Shown: positions 34,969 to 45,991 of the stretch, one piece after another | How the letters are laid out: every line of letters begins with the position of its first letter | Position numbering within the stretch: the stretch's first letter is position 1 | DNA from: Octopus bimaculoides | Taxonomy: Eukaryota | Length of the DNA: 45,991 bases | Direction: 5' to 3' | Assembly (NCBI RefSeq): GCF_001194135.2 | Contig: NC_068993.1 | Span: forward strand, 43,235,119 to 43,281,109 | Program-made: the position numbers and the translations under genes | Notes under the pieces: model-generated | What the model saw: the letters and a program-made list of their open reading frames with translations, nothing else | Told to the model about the DNA's origin: nothing | Database searches by the model: none

Positions 34969-35164
34969 ATATACTAGTTGAAGACTGAAGTCAATGTAAT
35001 CGACTTACGCCCTTCCACGAAATTGCTGGCATTGTGCCAAAATTAGAAACCAATATAAGCAAAATAATAAAAACACTTTAAAATGGAATATTAGGAACAA
35101 AATCTTTTCTTTTTTTTTTTCAATATTTTGGCTTTAATAAATCCTAATCGGGATTTATTCTTTG

Positions 35165-35689
35165 GCTTGCTTCAGTCATTGGACTGCAGCCATGCTGGAA
35201 CACCGCCTTAAAAAGATTTAGTCGAACTAATTGATAGAGCCCAGTACTTAATCATTTTAAAATCTGCTAATTATTCTATCGACATTTTTTTTTTTTGATA
35301 AATGACTATGTTACAAGGACGTAAACAAACCAACACTTGTTCGAGTGGTGTGAGGACAAGCACAAAGGCACAAACATACACACAGGGGGTGATAGACAGA
35401 TACATACGAGTGTGTATATGTGTATACATGTACATATATATANNNNNNNNNNATATATATATATATAAAGCAGGCTTCCATACAGTTTCCATCTACCAAA
35501 TTCACTCTCAAAGCAATAATCGTCCCGGGGCTATAGTAATCTATATTATATATATTAGTATATATATAGTAAATATATAGTATAGATTACTATAGTAAAA
35601 ACTTGCCCAAGGTGCCACGCACTAGTATTAAACCCGAATCCACATGGTTGCGAAACGAACTTTTTAACCACACAGCCGTGTCTGCACCT
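35165..35689 (-). mobile_element. SINE family A with expanded internal microsatellite
   Basis: From the tail TTCAGTCATTGGACTGCAGCCATGCTGG to the head ACCACACAGCCGTGTCTGCACC. Confidence 0.8.
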
Positions 35690-36229
35690 ATGACAAATAA
35701 GAGAAACTGCAATGCATAGTAAACTGCAAATGACATTAAAACCATTATGACACACGCAGAGACACATCGAAGCATAGCAACGATGCATGGTCTCTGCGTT
35801 ATTCAAATAATGTATTTAACTGTTGACAGTTGAGAAGCTCATTGCAATTGTTAATCTTTGATTGCAGGAATAATCGTTTCTTTTGATACCAAGCGTACCG
35901 ACATTTCTATCAAAAGCCTTGGGTAGTAACTGCAAATTTTGTATCTGACATATGTCGAGACGTCTTTTAACAGACAAGGCTTGCCACGTCTATGTGCTGT
36001 TCTAATTTGTAAATGTAACGATTTACTGTCTAACTTATGAATGTATTCTCCGTTTGATTTCAATATCATAGTCCACACATGCACAGAAAGCCAGTAACGT
36101 TGCTATAAATGGATGTTTTATCCGACTGCTTCCGACAGAGCAAAGGAAGTTAAAAGCGAACAAGGGTCAGGCAGTAGTTATTGACAATTTGAAAGTTTCA
36201 AGTTGAATAATACCAATTACCAATAATTT

Positions 36230-37350
36230 AAGCGGCAAACTGGCAGAGTCACACATCCGTCGGACAAAATGCCTCATTGTGTTTGTTCTGAGTTTCTATG
36301 GTCTAAGTTCAATTCCCGCCCACGTCAAGTTTCCTTTTTGTCCATTAGAGGCCGATATAAAAATCAATGCCAATACAAGGTGGCGGATTGGTTAAGTTGT
36401 AAAAACGTCGGCCAGAGTGTCTTGTGGTGTTTCTTTTCCTTTTTGGCGTTCTGTGTTCAAATCTTACCATGGCCTGCAAGGGTAGTGAACTTAACTCATC
36501 GACCGTTTGGAATTTTGAATGCCCTGTTACGACAAAGTCCCAGATATCTTCCTCCCATCCTTCTTCGCACCAGTCACGGACGGCCTATAAAAGGTCGCTG
36601 GTTTGGCCTTTGTTCTCGACGAAAAGATAAAAAGAAATAATTATTACAATAATCCTTTCTAATTTTGGAACAAGACCAGCAATATAAAAGGGAGAAATTT
36701 GTGGATCAGATCGACTCCAGTACTTGAGTGACACTTTTTTTTTTTTTTTTTACCGACACCAAAACGATGAATAGCGAAGTTGACCTCGGCAGAATAAGAA
36801 CTCAGAACATAAAGAGACAGAAGAAATACTGTTATACATTTTATCCAACGTGCTGACGTTTCTGCCAACTCGCCTACTTATATAGTATTAATAATAATAT
36901 AATACCAGTCGATTACATCCACCCCAGTATTTAATTGGTACTTATTTCATCGACCCTGAAATGATAAAAGGCAACATCGACTTCGACGGAATTCAGAACG
37001 CAAAGACGGATGTAATGCCGCTAAGCACTTTTGTCCAGCGTGCTACCAATTTTGCCAGCTCGCCGCCTTACTTTTATAAAACCAAACTAGTAACTATTTA
37101 CATTTCCTATTTTCATTACTTGAAGAAGTATTTTTTCAGCGATTTGGTTTCGATTCGCGGTTGAAGCAATTTGATATTACGCGTATAATTTAATTAATTT
37201 AGATTTAGGAGGGTGTAGTTGATTAAACCAACCGCAGCACTAGACAAGTATTTATTTTATCAACCCCATAATGGTGAAAGAAGAAAGATGACCACGGCGG
37301 AATTTGAATTCAGAACGTAAGGAGCCATAACACACTCTAACATTCAACCA
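36230..37350. mobile_element. Cluster of five diverged family-B SINE pieces (plus 36230-36500; minus 36650-36875, 36903-37068, 37200-37350)
   Basis: Recurrent GGCAAACTGGCAGA, GACCTCGGC and AATTTGAATTCAGAACG motifs on both strands. Confidence 0.7.
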
Positions 37351-38239
37351 ACTCACCACATCCGTACTAGAAAATGATTTATGACATTAAGTTCTAAAAG
37401 TTGTATCCCTTTTCTGTCTAATTTATCTGGAATACTTTGTATTTGGCCGAAAAGACCCCTAATTTTAAATAATATAAGCAGCAAACGCGTTATGATCTCA
37501 TCAAGCCGAGGGGGTTTCCTATCAGTATTTCATTTAATGTAATACTACAAATACACTCGAAAATATATAATCGTCCCAAAATATTATTAATATTCATGGT
37601 TTTATGCGTCAAATAAGAAATCAATTAAAATATTACTTACTCTGAGAACAGGAAAATGATTTTGTTTTTATCGATTTGTAAGAGTTTTGACTTCTTTTAA
37701 GAAGTTTCTCTTTCTGCAGTTTTAGTTTACACTAGGTTCTGTATAAAAGAACATTTATCTTAATTATGAAGTTCCAGTTAAATTAGGAAAGGAAAATAGT
37801 TGCATTAGCTCTAAATATTTAAATAGTGTTGCTTTAGGGGATAAATGCTTAGAGCCCAGCCAAATGCTTCAAGGGAAATGTGTACATGAGAGTTAAATTC
37901 CCTTTATGCTATGCTCTCAAATAACGGAATCAATACATATATATATCTAACAGAAAATCAATTAAATTATTTGCAGATTACATCAAGTGAGGTACTTGCC
38001 TTGACTCTCAACACTACCTCACTAAGTATATTACATATTACAAACATATTTGACTAACAAGAAATGTTCATTCATTTTTTTTTTTGTAGTTACAAGTTAA
38101 CATGCCTCCTACATAATTTTATAAATATATTGTATTTACTTTTGTAATTTTATATACGTGTGTATTTCACACATACTTAAAGTTCAATGTTCTTCACATT
38201 TCAAAAATATTAAAAGAAGGCTAAAACTAGTTTACAGAT

Positions 38240-38245
38240 AGATGG

Positions 38246-38316
<71 letters not shown>

Positions 38317-38510
38317 CACACACACACAAACAGACACACAAATATATATATACAGATATACAGATATATATAAATATATGTGTGTGCGTATGTGTGTATG
38401 TGTGTGTGCGCGTGTGTGTGTGTGCGCGCGTGCGTATGTGTGTGTGTTTTTGTGTGTGTGTTTGTATGTGTGCGTGTGCGTGCATACATATACATATGTA
38501 TGTATATATG
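38240..38510. repeat. (GATA)n plus (CA)/(GT)n compound microsatellite
   Basis: Direct sequence. Confidence 0.95.
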
Positions 38511-39540
38511 GAAGTGTAATAGAAAATCTAGAAATTAACTAGCATAATGAGGTTTCATTTTGAAAAAATATTATGTTTCTCTCGAAACTCTTCATAAAAA
38601 GTGGACTTCAAAAGGAATATTTAGGAAAAGAAATCCGTAATAAAACCGGTTGTAATACAACCCTTAGATCAGATGGGAGTGGGGTGAGGGAAAAAAATGG
38701 CCGATGAGACGAAATTAATATTAGTTGAAGCCTGTAAATTTGAGTCAATCTTATTTTTAGTTTGATATTAAAATTTGAAATGTCAGATGCAGAGACTTTA
38801 TTTTAAAACATATTATATAAAAAAAAGAAATTACATTATTGAATTATCATTTGCTAACTGAATATGATTCAGTCAAAAGGTGAACATTAATAGCAATGCT
38901 GCAACAAGGAGTTGTCGTCTGCTGACTGTATGAGACCGAAAGCCTGCGTCAAGACAGAAAATGCCGAACAGATTAGATTTAAAACACTTCATTAAAGAAT
39001 CATGAGTGAGAATGGTGAAAAAAAAATTATAATGTCCACGAATTTTAAATGAAAATGTAACCATTATAACATCTTACTCTCTCACCCTCTTGTATCATTT
39101 CACTCTTAGTGATACGATAATACAGTGTGAGTCGACTGATTAAAACATTCACATTCTAGCCACGGAACAAACAGGTTTAGTTTCATGTATTAGAAAGCAC
39201 GGTTTTATGTAAAACGTTATGGGAAGAAGGAGTTAATGTGACATTAAACATTTCTTTTTGCTTTTCTCTTTATTTCTTTTCACTTTTAAATACCGAATTG
39301 TGCCTTGAATGTCGATTTGATAAACAGAATAAACTTTCGATTTGACAAATGGAGATAAATTTGCGATTAAATAGACGAAGATGAACTTGCGTAAATTATA
39401 ATTATGTATCTCATATATAGGGGAAACTAACTTTTCACAAAAGGCAAGAGGTCTTGTTTTATAANNNNNNNNNNTGCATACATACATGCATACATACATT
39501 CATACATGCATACATACATACATACATACATACTTACATA

Positions 39541-40090
39541 CTTCAATAACATTGTAAGCACAACGGACTTGATATAATTTGTGATAGAGAAGAGAAAGTG
39601 TGCACAGTTGTGGAAATTAACTGCACAGCGGATGTTAACATAAAGCTGAAGATTAATGAAAAAGAGAACACCTATACTGAACTATTGAGAAATCTGCAGT
39701 TACTCCATCCAGATTACAAATTCAGGTTATACATGTAATTATTGGGGCCTTGGGATATGTAACACACTGCCTAAATACTAATCTTGAGAAATTGGGCTTC
39801 TCAAAACCAGAAAGGAGAAAGCTACTTCGAAGATTACAGATCCATTTCATCACTGAAACTGTAAAAATCTGTAAAACTTTATCATTTAAGTGTATATGAG
39901 CATGTCTAGATATGCAAATATATGCATGAGAATACACACATAAAGCAAAAGACACAAATACATACATACATACATACATACAAACATACCCTGTGTTGAT
40001 GTTGAAATTCCAATGAAGGTGCCTTGAATATAAGTTAGAAACCGGCTCTTTCTCTATTGGCAAAAAATCTTGAAATAAAACTGAACAATG
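39541..40090 (+). mobile_element. 5'-truncated RLE-type non-LTR retrotransposon flanked by (CATA)n
   Basis: From 39556: KHNGLDIICDREEKVCTVVEINCTADVNIKLKINEKENTYTELLRNLQLLHPDYKFR, frameshift near 39728, then IHVIIGALGYVTHCLNTNLEKLGFSKPERRKLLRRLQIHFITETVKICKTLSFKCI* (TGA at 39897-39899). This is a decayed PD-(D/E)xK layout. The 3' UTR ends ...AACTGAACAATGA then (CATA)n. Confidence 0.8.
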
Positions 40091-40200
40091 ACATACATCG
40101 ATACATACATACATACATACATACATTCATACATACATACATATACACATACATACATGCATACACATATATATACATGCATACACGCACATACATACAT

Positions 40201-40267
<67 letters not shown>

Positions 40268-40456
40268 GTGTGTGGGGGGGGACAAACAAGTAGAAGTAGC
40301 ACTTCTTAATTTTTCTATTGGCAATAGAGCAAATTCAGAACTGTTCAACTGTTCGACTCCGTATATGTGTCCATATGCATTATATATGCATTGTACTTGG
40401 TGATATAGTCCTCTGCTTTTCTTTGTTTTTCTTTTTTTGCAGATATATTTAAATAA

Positions 40457-41040
40457 GATGCAACGCGTGACCTATCTGATTTCCCATGAGAACAAATTGT
40501 TGAATCGCGTTTGGCTGCAGCGTCAGTTTCTAAAGCTGATGAATTGTTTAATGTTTCGAAACGTACAATCTTAAAATTATGTTAGCATTCCAAAACGAAG
40601 GTAAAAGTAGCTCTGACATGCATGATTCTGGACAGAAGGTAAAGCTCATAGAGAAGAACTGAAGAACAGTGAAACATATTGTCTCTAAAAATCATAGAAT
40701 TGCGGCAGCATAAATTACAGCAGAGCTTCAACTTCACCTTGCCAACCCAGTATCAATCAAAACTGTTTGTCGTGAGCTCCAAAAAGCTGGATACCAAGCT
40801 GGGTTGCATGTGTCAAACTTCTACGGTCCACTATCAACATTGATAAGCGGAAATAATTGCGTCTCCACTATCAAAAGTAGTCATTGGCTCAATGAAATGA
40901 TATCAGCTCTGATGTATCGTCATTCGCTAAAGCGAGTTTAACGTGAAGAATGGCACAAAATTCCACAAACACTCGTTGCGAATCAATTTTACGACATTAA
41001 AACTGAGACCGATGTCAAAGTGTTGTGGTGGACACCTCCA
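40457..41040 (+). mobile_element. Tc1-like transposase pseudogene with internal deletion
   Basis: DLSDFP*EQIVESRLAAASVSKADELFNVSKRT...RTVKHIVSKNHRIAAA*ITAEL...PVSIKTVCRELQKAG...SSDVSSF (SDES) directly followed by C-terminal REEWHKIPQ; the DDE middle is missing. Confidence 0.8.
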
Positions 41041-41259
41041 AGTGAGAAGTGGGCTGTTCTACTACTGATAAATAGTGGACAGACACAGCAAGCAAGCAGT
41101 GTAAGTCACAGGTTTGATCCCTGTGAGTTGAATTGTGAGTTAAATTGTTATATAGTTGTTGAAGGTCTCCCGTAAGGGTGAACCTATTTGTGGAATATCA
41201 TTGTTAAACTGTTGAATTGTTGTTGCTGTTTTTGTCTGTGAAATTACAATTGTTTTCTT

Positions 41260-41700
41260 CCCCATTCATGGGCGAGGTAGACAAGAAGCAGAGGATGGAG
41301 TGCGAACCAGTTCCAGCCGGTAGCTATGCTTCAGCCACTGGAAAAAGTTTGGCAGCTGACGTGTTGCAGGTACGAGAGATAAACATGGAGCAGAGGAGGT
41401 TAAAGGAGTTCAACAGACTCATAGAGAAAGATGGAACCAGTTTGAGGGAGGAAATATGGCACAGTGGAGGTAAGGTTCGCTAGTGAACAAGACGCGATAA
41501 ACCACTCAACTGTGACGCTAAGGACACCAGAGTGGGCACATCTGCCGACTTAATGTGGTGTGGCAAATGAGTCGCTAGAGTAAAGATTGGCAGAGTACAC
41601 CCGGAGATTGAGGAGGCGTGGCTGGTGGCAGCCATCCTGTATAATATGGAGGAGGACGTGAAGGTGTTGAAAGCGACGAGGACGACAGAGGTAAACTCTG
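41260..41700 (+). mobile_element. Coding-like relic, possibly a LINE ORF1 (RRM-type)
   Basis: GC- and purine-rich; near-continuous frame with a few stops: ...SYASATGK...ARVKIGRVHPEIEEAWLVAAILYNMEEDVKVLKATRT; family not securely recognised. Confidence 0.4.
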
Positions 41701-42603
41701 TGTGTGTGCGTGTGTGTGTGTGTGTATACATAACATACATATATANNNNNNNNNNNNNNNNNNNNNNNNNNNNNNNNNNNNNNNNNNNNNNNNNNNNNNN
41801 NNNNNNNNNNNNNNNNNNNNNNNNNNNNNNNNNNNNNNNNNNNNNNNNNNNNNNNNNNNNNNNNNNNNNNNNNNNNNNNNNNNNNNNNNNNNNNNNNNNN
41901 NNNNNNNNNNNNNNNNNNNNNNNNNNNNNNNNNNNNNNNNNNNNNNNNNNNNNNNNNNNNNNNNNNNNNNNNNNNNNNNNNNNNNNNNNNNNNNNNNNNN
42001 NNNNNNNNNNNNNNNNNNNNNNNNNNNNNNNNNNNNNNNNNNNNNNNNNNNNNNNNNNNNNNNNNNNNNNNNNNNNNNNNNNNNNNNNNNNNNNNNNNNN
42101 NNNNNNNNNNNNNNNNNNNNNNNNNNNNNNNNNNNNNNNNNNNNNNNNNNNNNNNNNNNNNNNNNNNNNNNNNNNNNNNNNNNNNNNNNNNNNNNCTGTA
42201 GTATCTAATATATTTAATTTGTTTACTCCCGTAATTGCCTCTGTGTGTGTGTGTGTGTGTGTGTGTGTTGTTTATTCATCAACCCCGGAAGGTTGAAAAG
42301 CAAAAGTTGACCCCGATTGTAATTGAACTCAAAGCACGAAATGCCAGAATACATAATACAAAGTATTTCGCCCGACGCTTTAACGCTTCAGTAAATTCAC
42401 CAATATTGGGATGGGTGTTCTTAGTATGCGAGAGTTTACGAAATTTGTAATAAATCAATGAGGTAGTTTGTTCTGGTTGAGGGGAAAGTATTAAAAGGGT
42501 GACTTGTTTTGCATGTTCAGTGGCTCATTGGAATCTATACAGCATCTCCAAAGATGAAGCAAACATTCTTTCGTATTACTAAACTATTATTTGCACATCG
42601 AAA

Positions 42604-43045
42604 GGTGGCTGATTGACCGTGAAAGAGTCGGAAAAATATACCTTGCGGTATGTATTTCTTTCTACTTTCAACGATCTGAATTCAAATCCCGCTGAAGTCA
42701 AGGTGGTTTTTCATCGTTTTGGCGTCGATAAAATAAAATGCGTTAAGTACCGGGGTCGATATAATAGATTAAAACCGTCCCCATCAAAACTTGCCGGACT
42801 TGTGCTTTGATAGAAAAAGTAGGTGCAGGCATGACTGTGTGGTTAAGAAGCTCGCTTTGCAATCACGTGGTGTCGGGTTCAGTCCCACTGCGCGGCACAT
42901 TAGCAATGTTTTCTACTATACTCACGTGCCGACCAATGCCTTCTGAATGAATCTGGAAGAGAGAAACTGTGTAGAAGCCCGTAGCGTATGTGGTATTCCA
43001 GCATGACCGTAGTCCAAAGACTAAAACAATTAAAAGACAAAAGAA
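42604..43045 (+). mobile_element. Family-B SINE (42604-42810) followed by an internally deleted family-A SINE (42821-43045)
   Basis: CTGAATTCAAATCCCGCTGAAGTCAA; GGGTTCAGTCCCACTGCGCGGCAC head joined to the CCAGCATGACCGTAGTC tail. Confidence 0.8.
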
Positions 43046-43661
43046 AATAATTAGAATATTGTCAACGCAGATACGAATACAACATTCATGTCATAATTAA
43101 CCAGTAACAACAGCAACAACGAACAATTCCACAAGAACCTCACAGATAACATCTTCAAATTGTGGTCGCTCACGTGACATCGTATTGAACAATATTTTAA
43201 CTTTTTTTTATTTTTTCTATTTTTGGGGAGGTTTTTTATTGTTAATAGATAAAGAAAATTTTAATCTCTCGTCTTTAGCGAATAAAAAGACAGAGAATCA
43301 TTATTTATTTAATTCTAAGAAATGTGATGAATGATTGAAATAAATCAATTTCCTAGTGCTTGGTTTGTTATTTCAGGCAGGTTTAAATTAAAACAAAACA
43401 ATCATATCTACATTTGTTGTTATTGAGAACTTAAGACGTATTTTATTTTCATTTCGAAGATTGATTTCGAAGTGGGATGGAAGAAACACTACGTTGTTAA
43501 ACGAAATACCTTGCGGCATATAGCACGGTTCTCCACCATCTAATTTCAAATCCTACCAGATTAAACATTATTTTCTATCCTTCTGTGGTTAATAAAATGA
43601 AATACTTGTAATGTACTGGTCTACCACGAGGTCCAGTCCTTGTTGTGGTATTGGCGCTTGT

Positions 43662-44050
43662 ATGCCTCAATGATTGTAAGAGCTATAAGAACGGAGTGGA
43701 AGCTTCTGATAGCGTCTACCATGCTGGACAGGTCAAAGGATACAGGGCAGCTTATTATACAGAACTTCTTCTCAGGAGTAAAAAAAAGGGAGTTTGTGTA
43801 GGGCCAATACCCCTACCTAAAATGAAATTTTAAAATAATGCAAAATCACAGAAGCATCGATAGCAATTCAAAATCAGCAAAACGTGGGAGAAGGCCTTTT
43901 CTCACGAAAACATCTCCAGACACATAGATGAGGATGGCTCCACTTCTTAATGAGGGAGTGACCCTGATAGCCAAGAGTCGGGAACAGTGGAGAAAGTTGC
44001 AGATGACCTATGATCAATAGGTAGGTAAGGGTTTAAGTTAATAAGTAATG
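43662..44050 (+). mobile_element. RTE-like relic: 5' UTR-like motif and ORF C-terminus/3' tail about 390 bp apart
   Basis: CATGCTGGACAGGTCAAAGG motif (recalled from RTE 5' regions); GVTLIAKSREQWRKL (cf. AxDRxxWRxL) and a TAAG-like tail. Confidence 0.45.
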
Positions 44051-44141
44051 TACTAGTGTCTACATAGTTGATAATTTCCTTACTTCAAATCTAAAGCCTA
44101 GTAACTCTATCATAAATAGAATTAATACATTATTTATAGTT

Positions 44142-44375
44142 GGCGATCGGCGATATTCTTCGGCTCGAGAGTGACGTTGCTTGGGAACGCAGCCCAAAGC
44201 GGATGATAATCTCCATCCAAGGCTAAATACGGGAACGAGTCCGATAGCCGACAAGTACCGCGAGGGAAAGCTGAAAAGAACTTCAGAGAGAGAGTTGAGT
44301 TTAAGAGACCATGTAACCGCCAAGAGGTGCTGCCCTCGACTCGAACGAGACAACCCACCGAACTAAAACATATAT
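44142..44375 (+). pseudogene. 28S rRNA: 28S rRNA fragment(s), diverged and apparently permuted
   Basis: TTGCTTGGGAACGCAGCCCAAAGCGG...CTCCATCCAAGGCTAAATAC...CGATAG.CGACAAGTACCG.GAGGGAAAG.TGAAAAGAACTT..AGAGAGAGTT is the conserved LSU segment between D1 and D2. 44331-44373 resembles the 28S 5' end (ACCCGCTGAATTTAAGCATAT). Confidence 0.85.
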
Positions 44376-44882
44376 ATGTATGTATATATATATATATATN
44401 NNNNNNNNNNNNNNNNNNNNNNNNNNNNNNNNNNNNNNNNNNNNNNNNNNNNNNNNNNNNNNNNNNNNNNNNNNNNNNNNNNNNNNNNNNNNNNNNNNNN
44501 NNNNNNNNNNNNNNNNNNNNNNNNNNNNNNNNNNNNNNNNNNNNNNNNNNNNNNNNNNNNNNNNNNNNNNNNNNNNNNNNNNNNNNNNNNNNNNNNNNNN
44601 NNNNNNNNNNNNNNNNNNNNNNNNNNNNNNNNNNNNNNNNNNNNNNNNNNNNNNNNNNNNNNNNNNNNNNNNNNNNNNNNNNNNNNNNNNNNNNNNNNNN
44701 NNNNNNNNNNNNNNNNNNNNNNNNNNNNNNNNNNNNNNNNNNNNNNNNNNNNNNNNNNNNNNNNNNNNNNNNNNNNNNNNNNNNNNNNNNNNNNNNNNNN
44801 NNNNNNNNNNNNNNNNNNNNNNNNNNNNNNNNNNNNNNNNNNNNNNNNNNNNNNNNNNNNNNNNNNNNNNNNNNNNNNNNNN

Positions 44883-44929
<47 letters not shown>

Positions 44930-45130
44930 GTTAACAGATAAATATAAATATAAATGTCTTATAATTAGATATTTTAAAGATTGTAAATTTGAAGCGTTTA
45001 CACTCTAGATTATCAGTAAATATAAGGTTCACTTTTAGCAAAAATATACCTTTGTCTTGTGGAAAATTAGGAATGAAAACTATGGGATTACCAATTGCAT
45101 GAAAATATGCGTTAACATTATGTGTGCGCA

Positions 45131-45320
45131 AAAGCGGCGAGCTGGAAGAAACGTTGCTACGCTGATTGTAGTGCTTAGCGACATTTTGACCATCCTCACG
45201 TTTTGCGTTCTAATTCCACCTTTCGAGGTCGATAAACTAAATGGCAGTGGATAAACTAAATGGCAGTCGACTTACCCGCTCCCTCGGAACTGCTGCCTTA
45301 TGCCAAAATTTGAAATCAAT
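45131..45320 (+). mobile_element. SINE family B with an internal 19-bp tandem duplication
   Basis: GCGGCGAGCTGGAAGAAACG head; GATAAACTAAATGGCAGT repeated at 45231 and 45250. Confidence 0.75.
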
Positions 45321-45528
45321 ATCATGAGTGTGAAGACAAATATATGTGTATGTATACATAAGCACACACACACGCAAATACATTTATACATCAATCAATT
45401 AATCAATCATCTGTTCAAAAGACATCTGACAAACGGTCTTGCTTTCTGTTTGAAAAATGGCGAAAAAAATTATTTTGACCAGGAAACCCTGGGTAGCTCT
45501 ATTTAACAAGATTTGTTTTTATAATAAC

Positions 45529-45569
<41 letters not shown>

Positions 45570-45991
45570 TACATCGGCAGAGATAATCTTTAGATAATTG
45601 ACAAGATTTCTTACAAACGAAATACGTTATGTTTTGTTTTGTTTTTGTTTGTTTCTTTTTTGTTTTGTTTTGATTTTGTTTGTTTTTTTTGTTTTTTTTT
45701 TCTTGTGTGGGGATGTAATTACAAAAGCAAAAAACGAAAAGTTTAAAAAAAACAACAGAAGCAAAGAAAGCACATGGAAACAAGCAACGTAGATTTTTTT
45801 TCAAAATATCAATAATTCCAACTTTAAATAAATTGTGAGAAGGTACAATCCAATTAAAATAAGGAAATAAAAGACATAATCAAGCATAATTGTTGTTTGA
45901 TTGAAATGTTACATATAATTTCTTTTTCAATTAGTTTGTATATTGTTTGAAATTCAAAGCTAACTTCTTCCTTTAATCGGACAAAAACCAC

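Noticed and set aside
40536-40568. CTGATGA...GAAACGTA hammerhead-like string
   Set aside because: No stem I or stem II pairing, and it lies in frame within the Tc1 transposase relic (KADELFNVSKRT); coincidental.

Overview
This is AT-rich, repeat-dense eukaryotic draft sequence with nine large N-gaps, most flanked by microsatellites. The tRNA-headed SINE families and microsatellites resemble octopod cephalopod DNA as I recall it; no search was run. No complete protein-coding gene is visible, and most track ORFs are microsatellite or gap artefacts. Supported content: about 30 SINE copies in three families; decayed mariner and Tc1 transposases; hAT, Tc1 and piggyBac-type MITEs; several restriction-like-endonuclease (RLE) non-LTR retrotransposon 3' ends sitting in microsatellites; a Penelope GIY-YIG fragment; RTE relics; a rearranged 28S rRNA fragment; and a few candidate exons. 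The strongest unexpected signal is a set of hammerhead ribozyme (HHR) motifs. One is a complete type I HHR inside a ~400-bp tandem repeat (retrozyme-like, 6070-6121, minus strand). One is a U3:A8 core-variant minimal HHR beside the centre of a 275-bp palindrome (11835-11871). Two more minimal Penelope-type HHRs show a covarying stem I pair. Also notable are an RLE element flanked by (CATA)n and a chain of R4/Dong-like ends in (TAA)n. All family assignments come from manual motif recognition and hand alignment.
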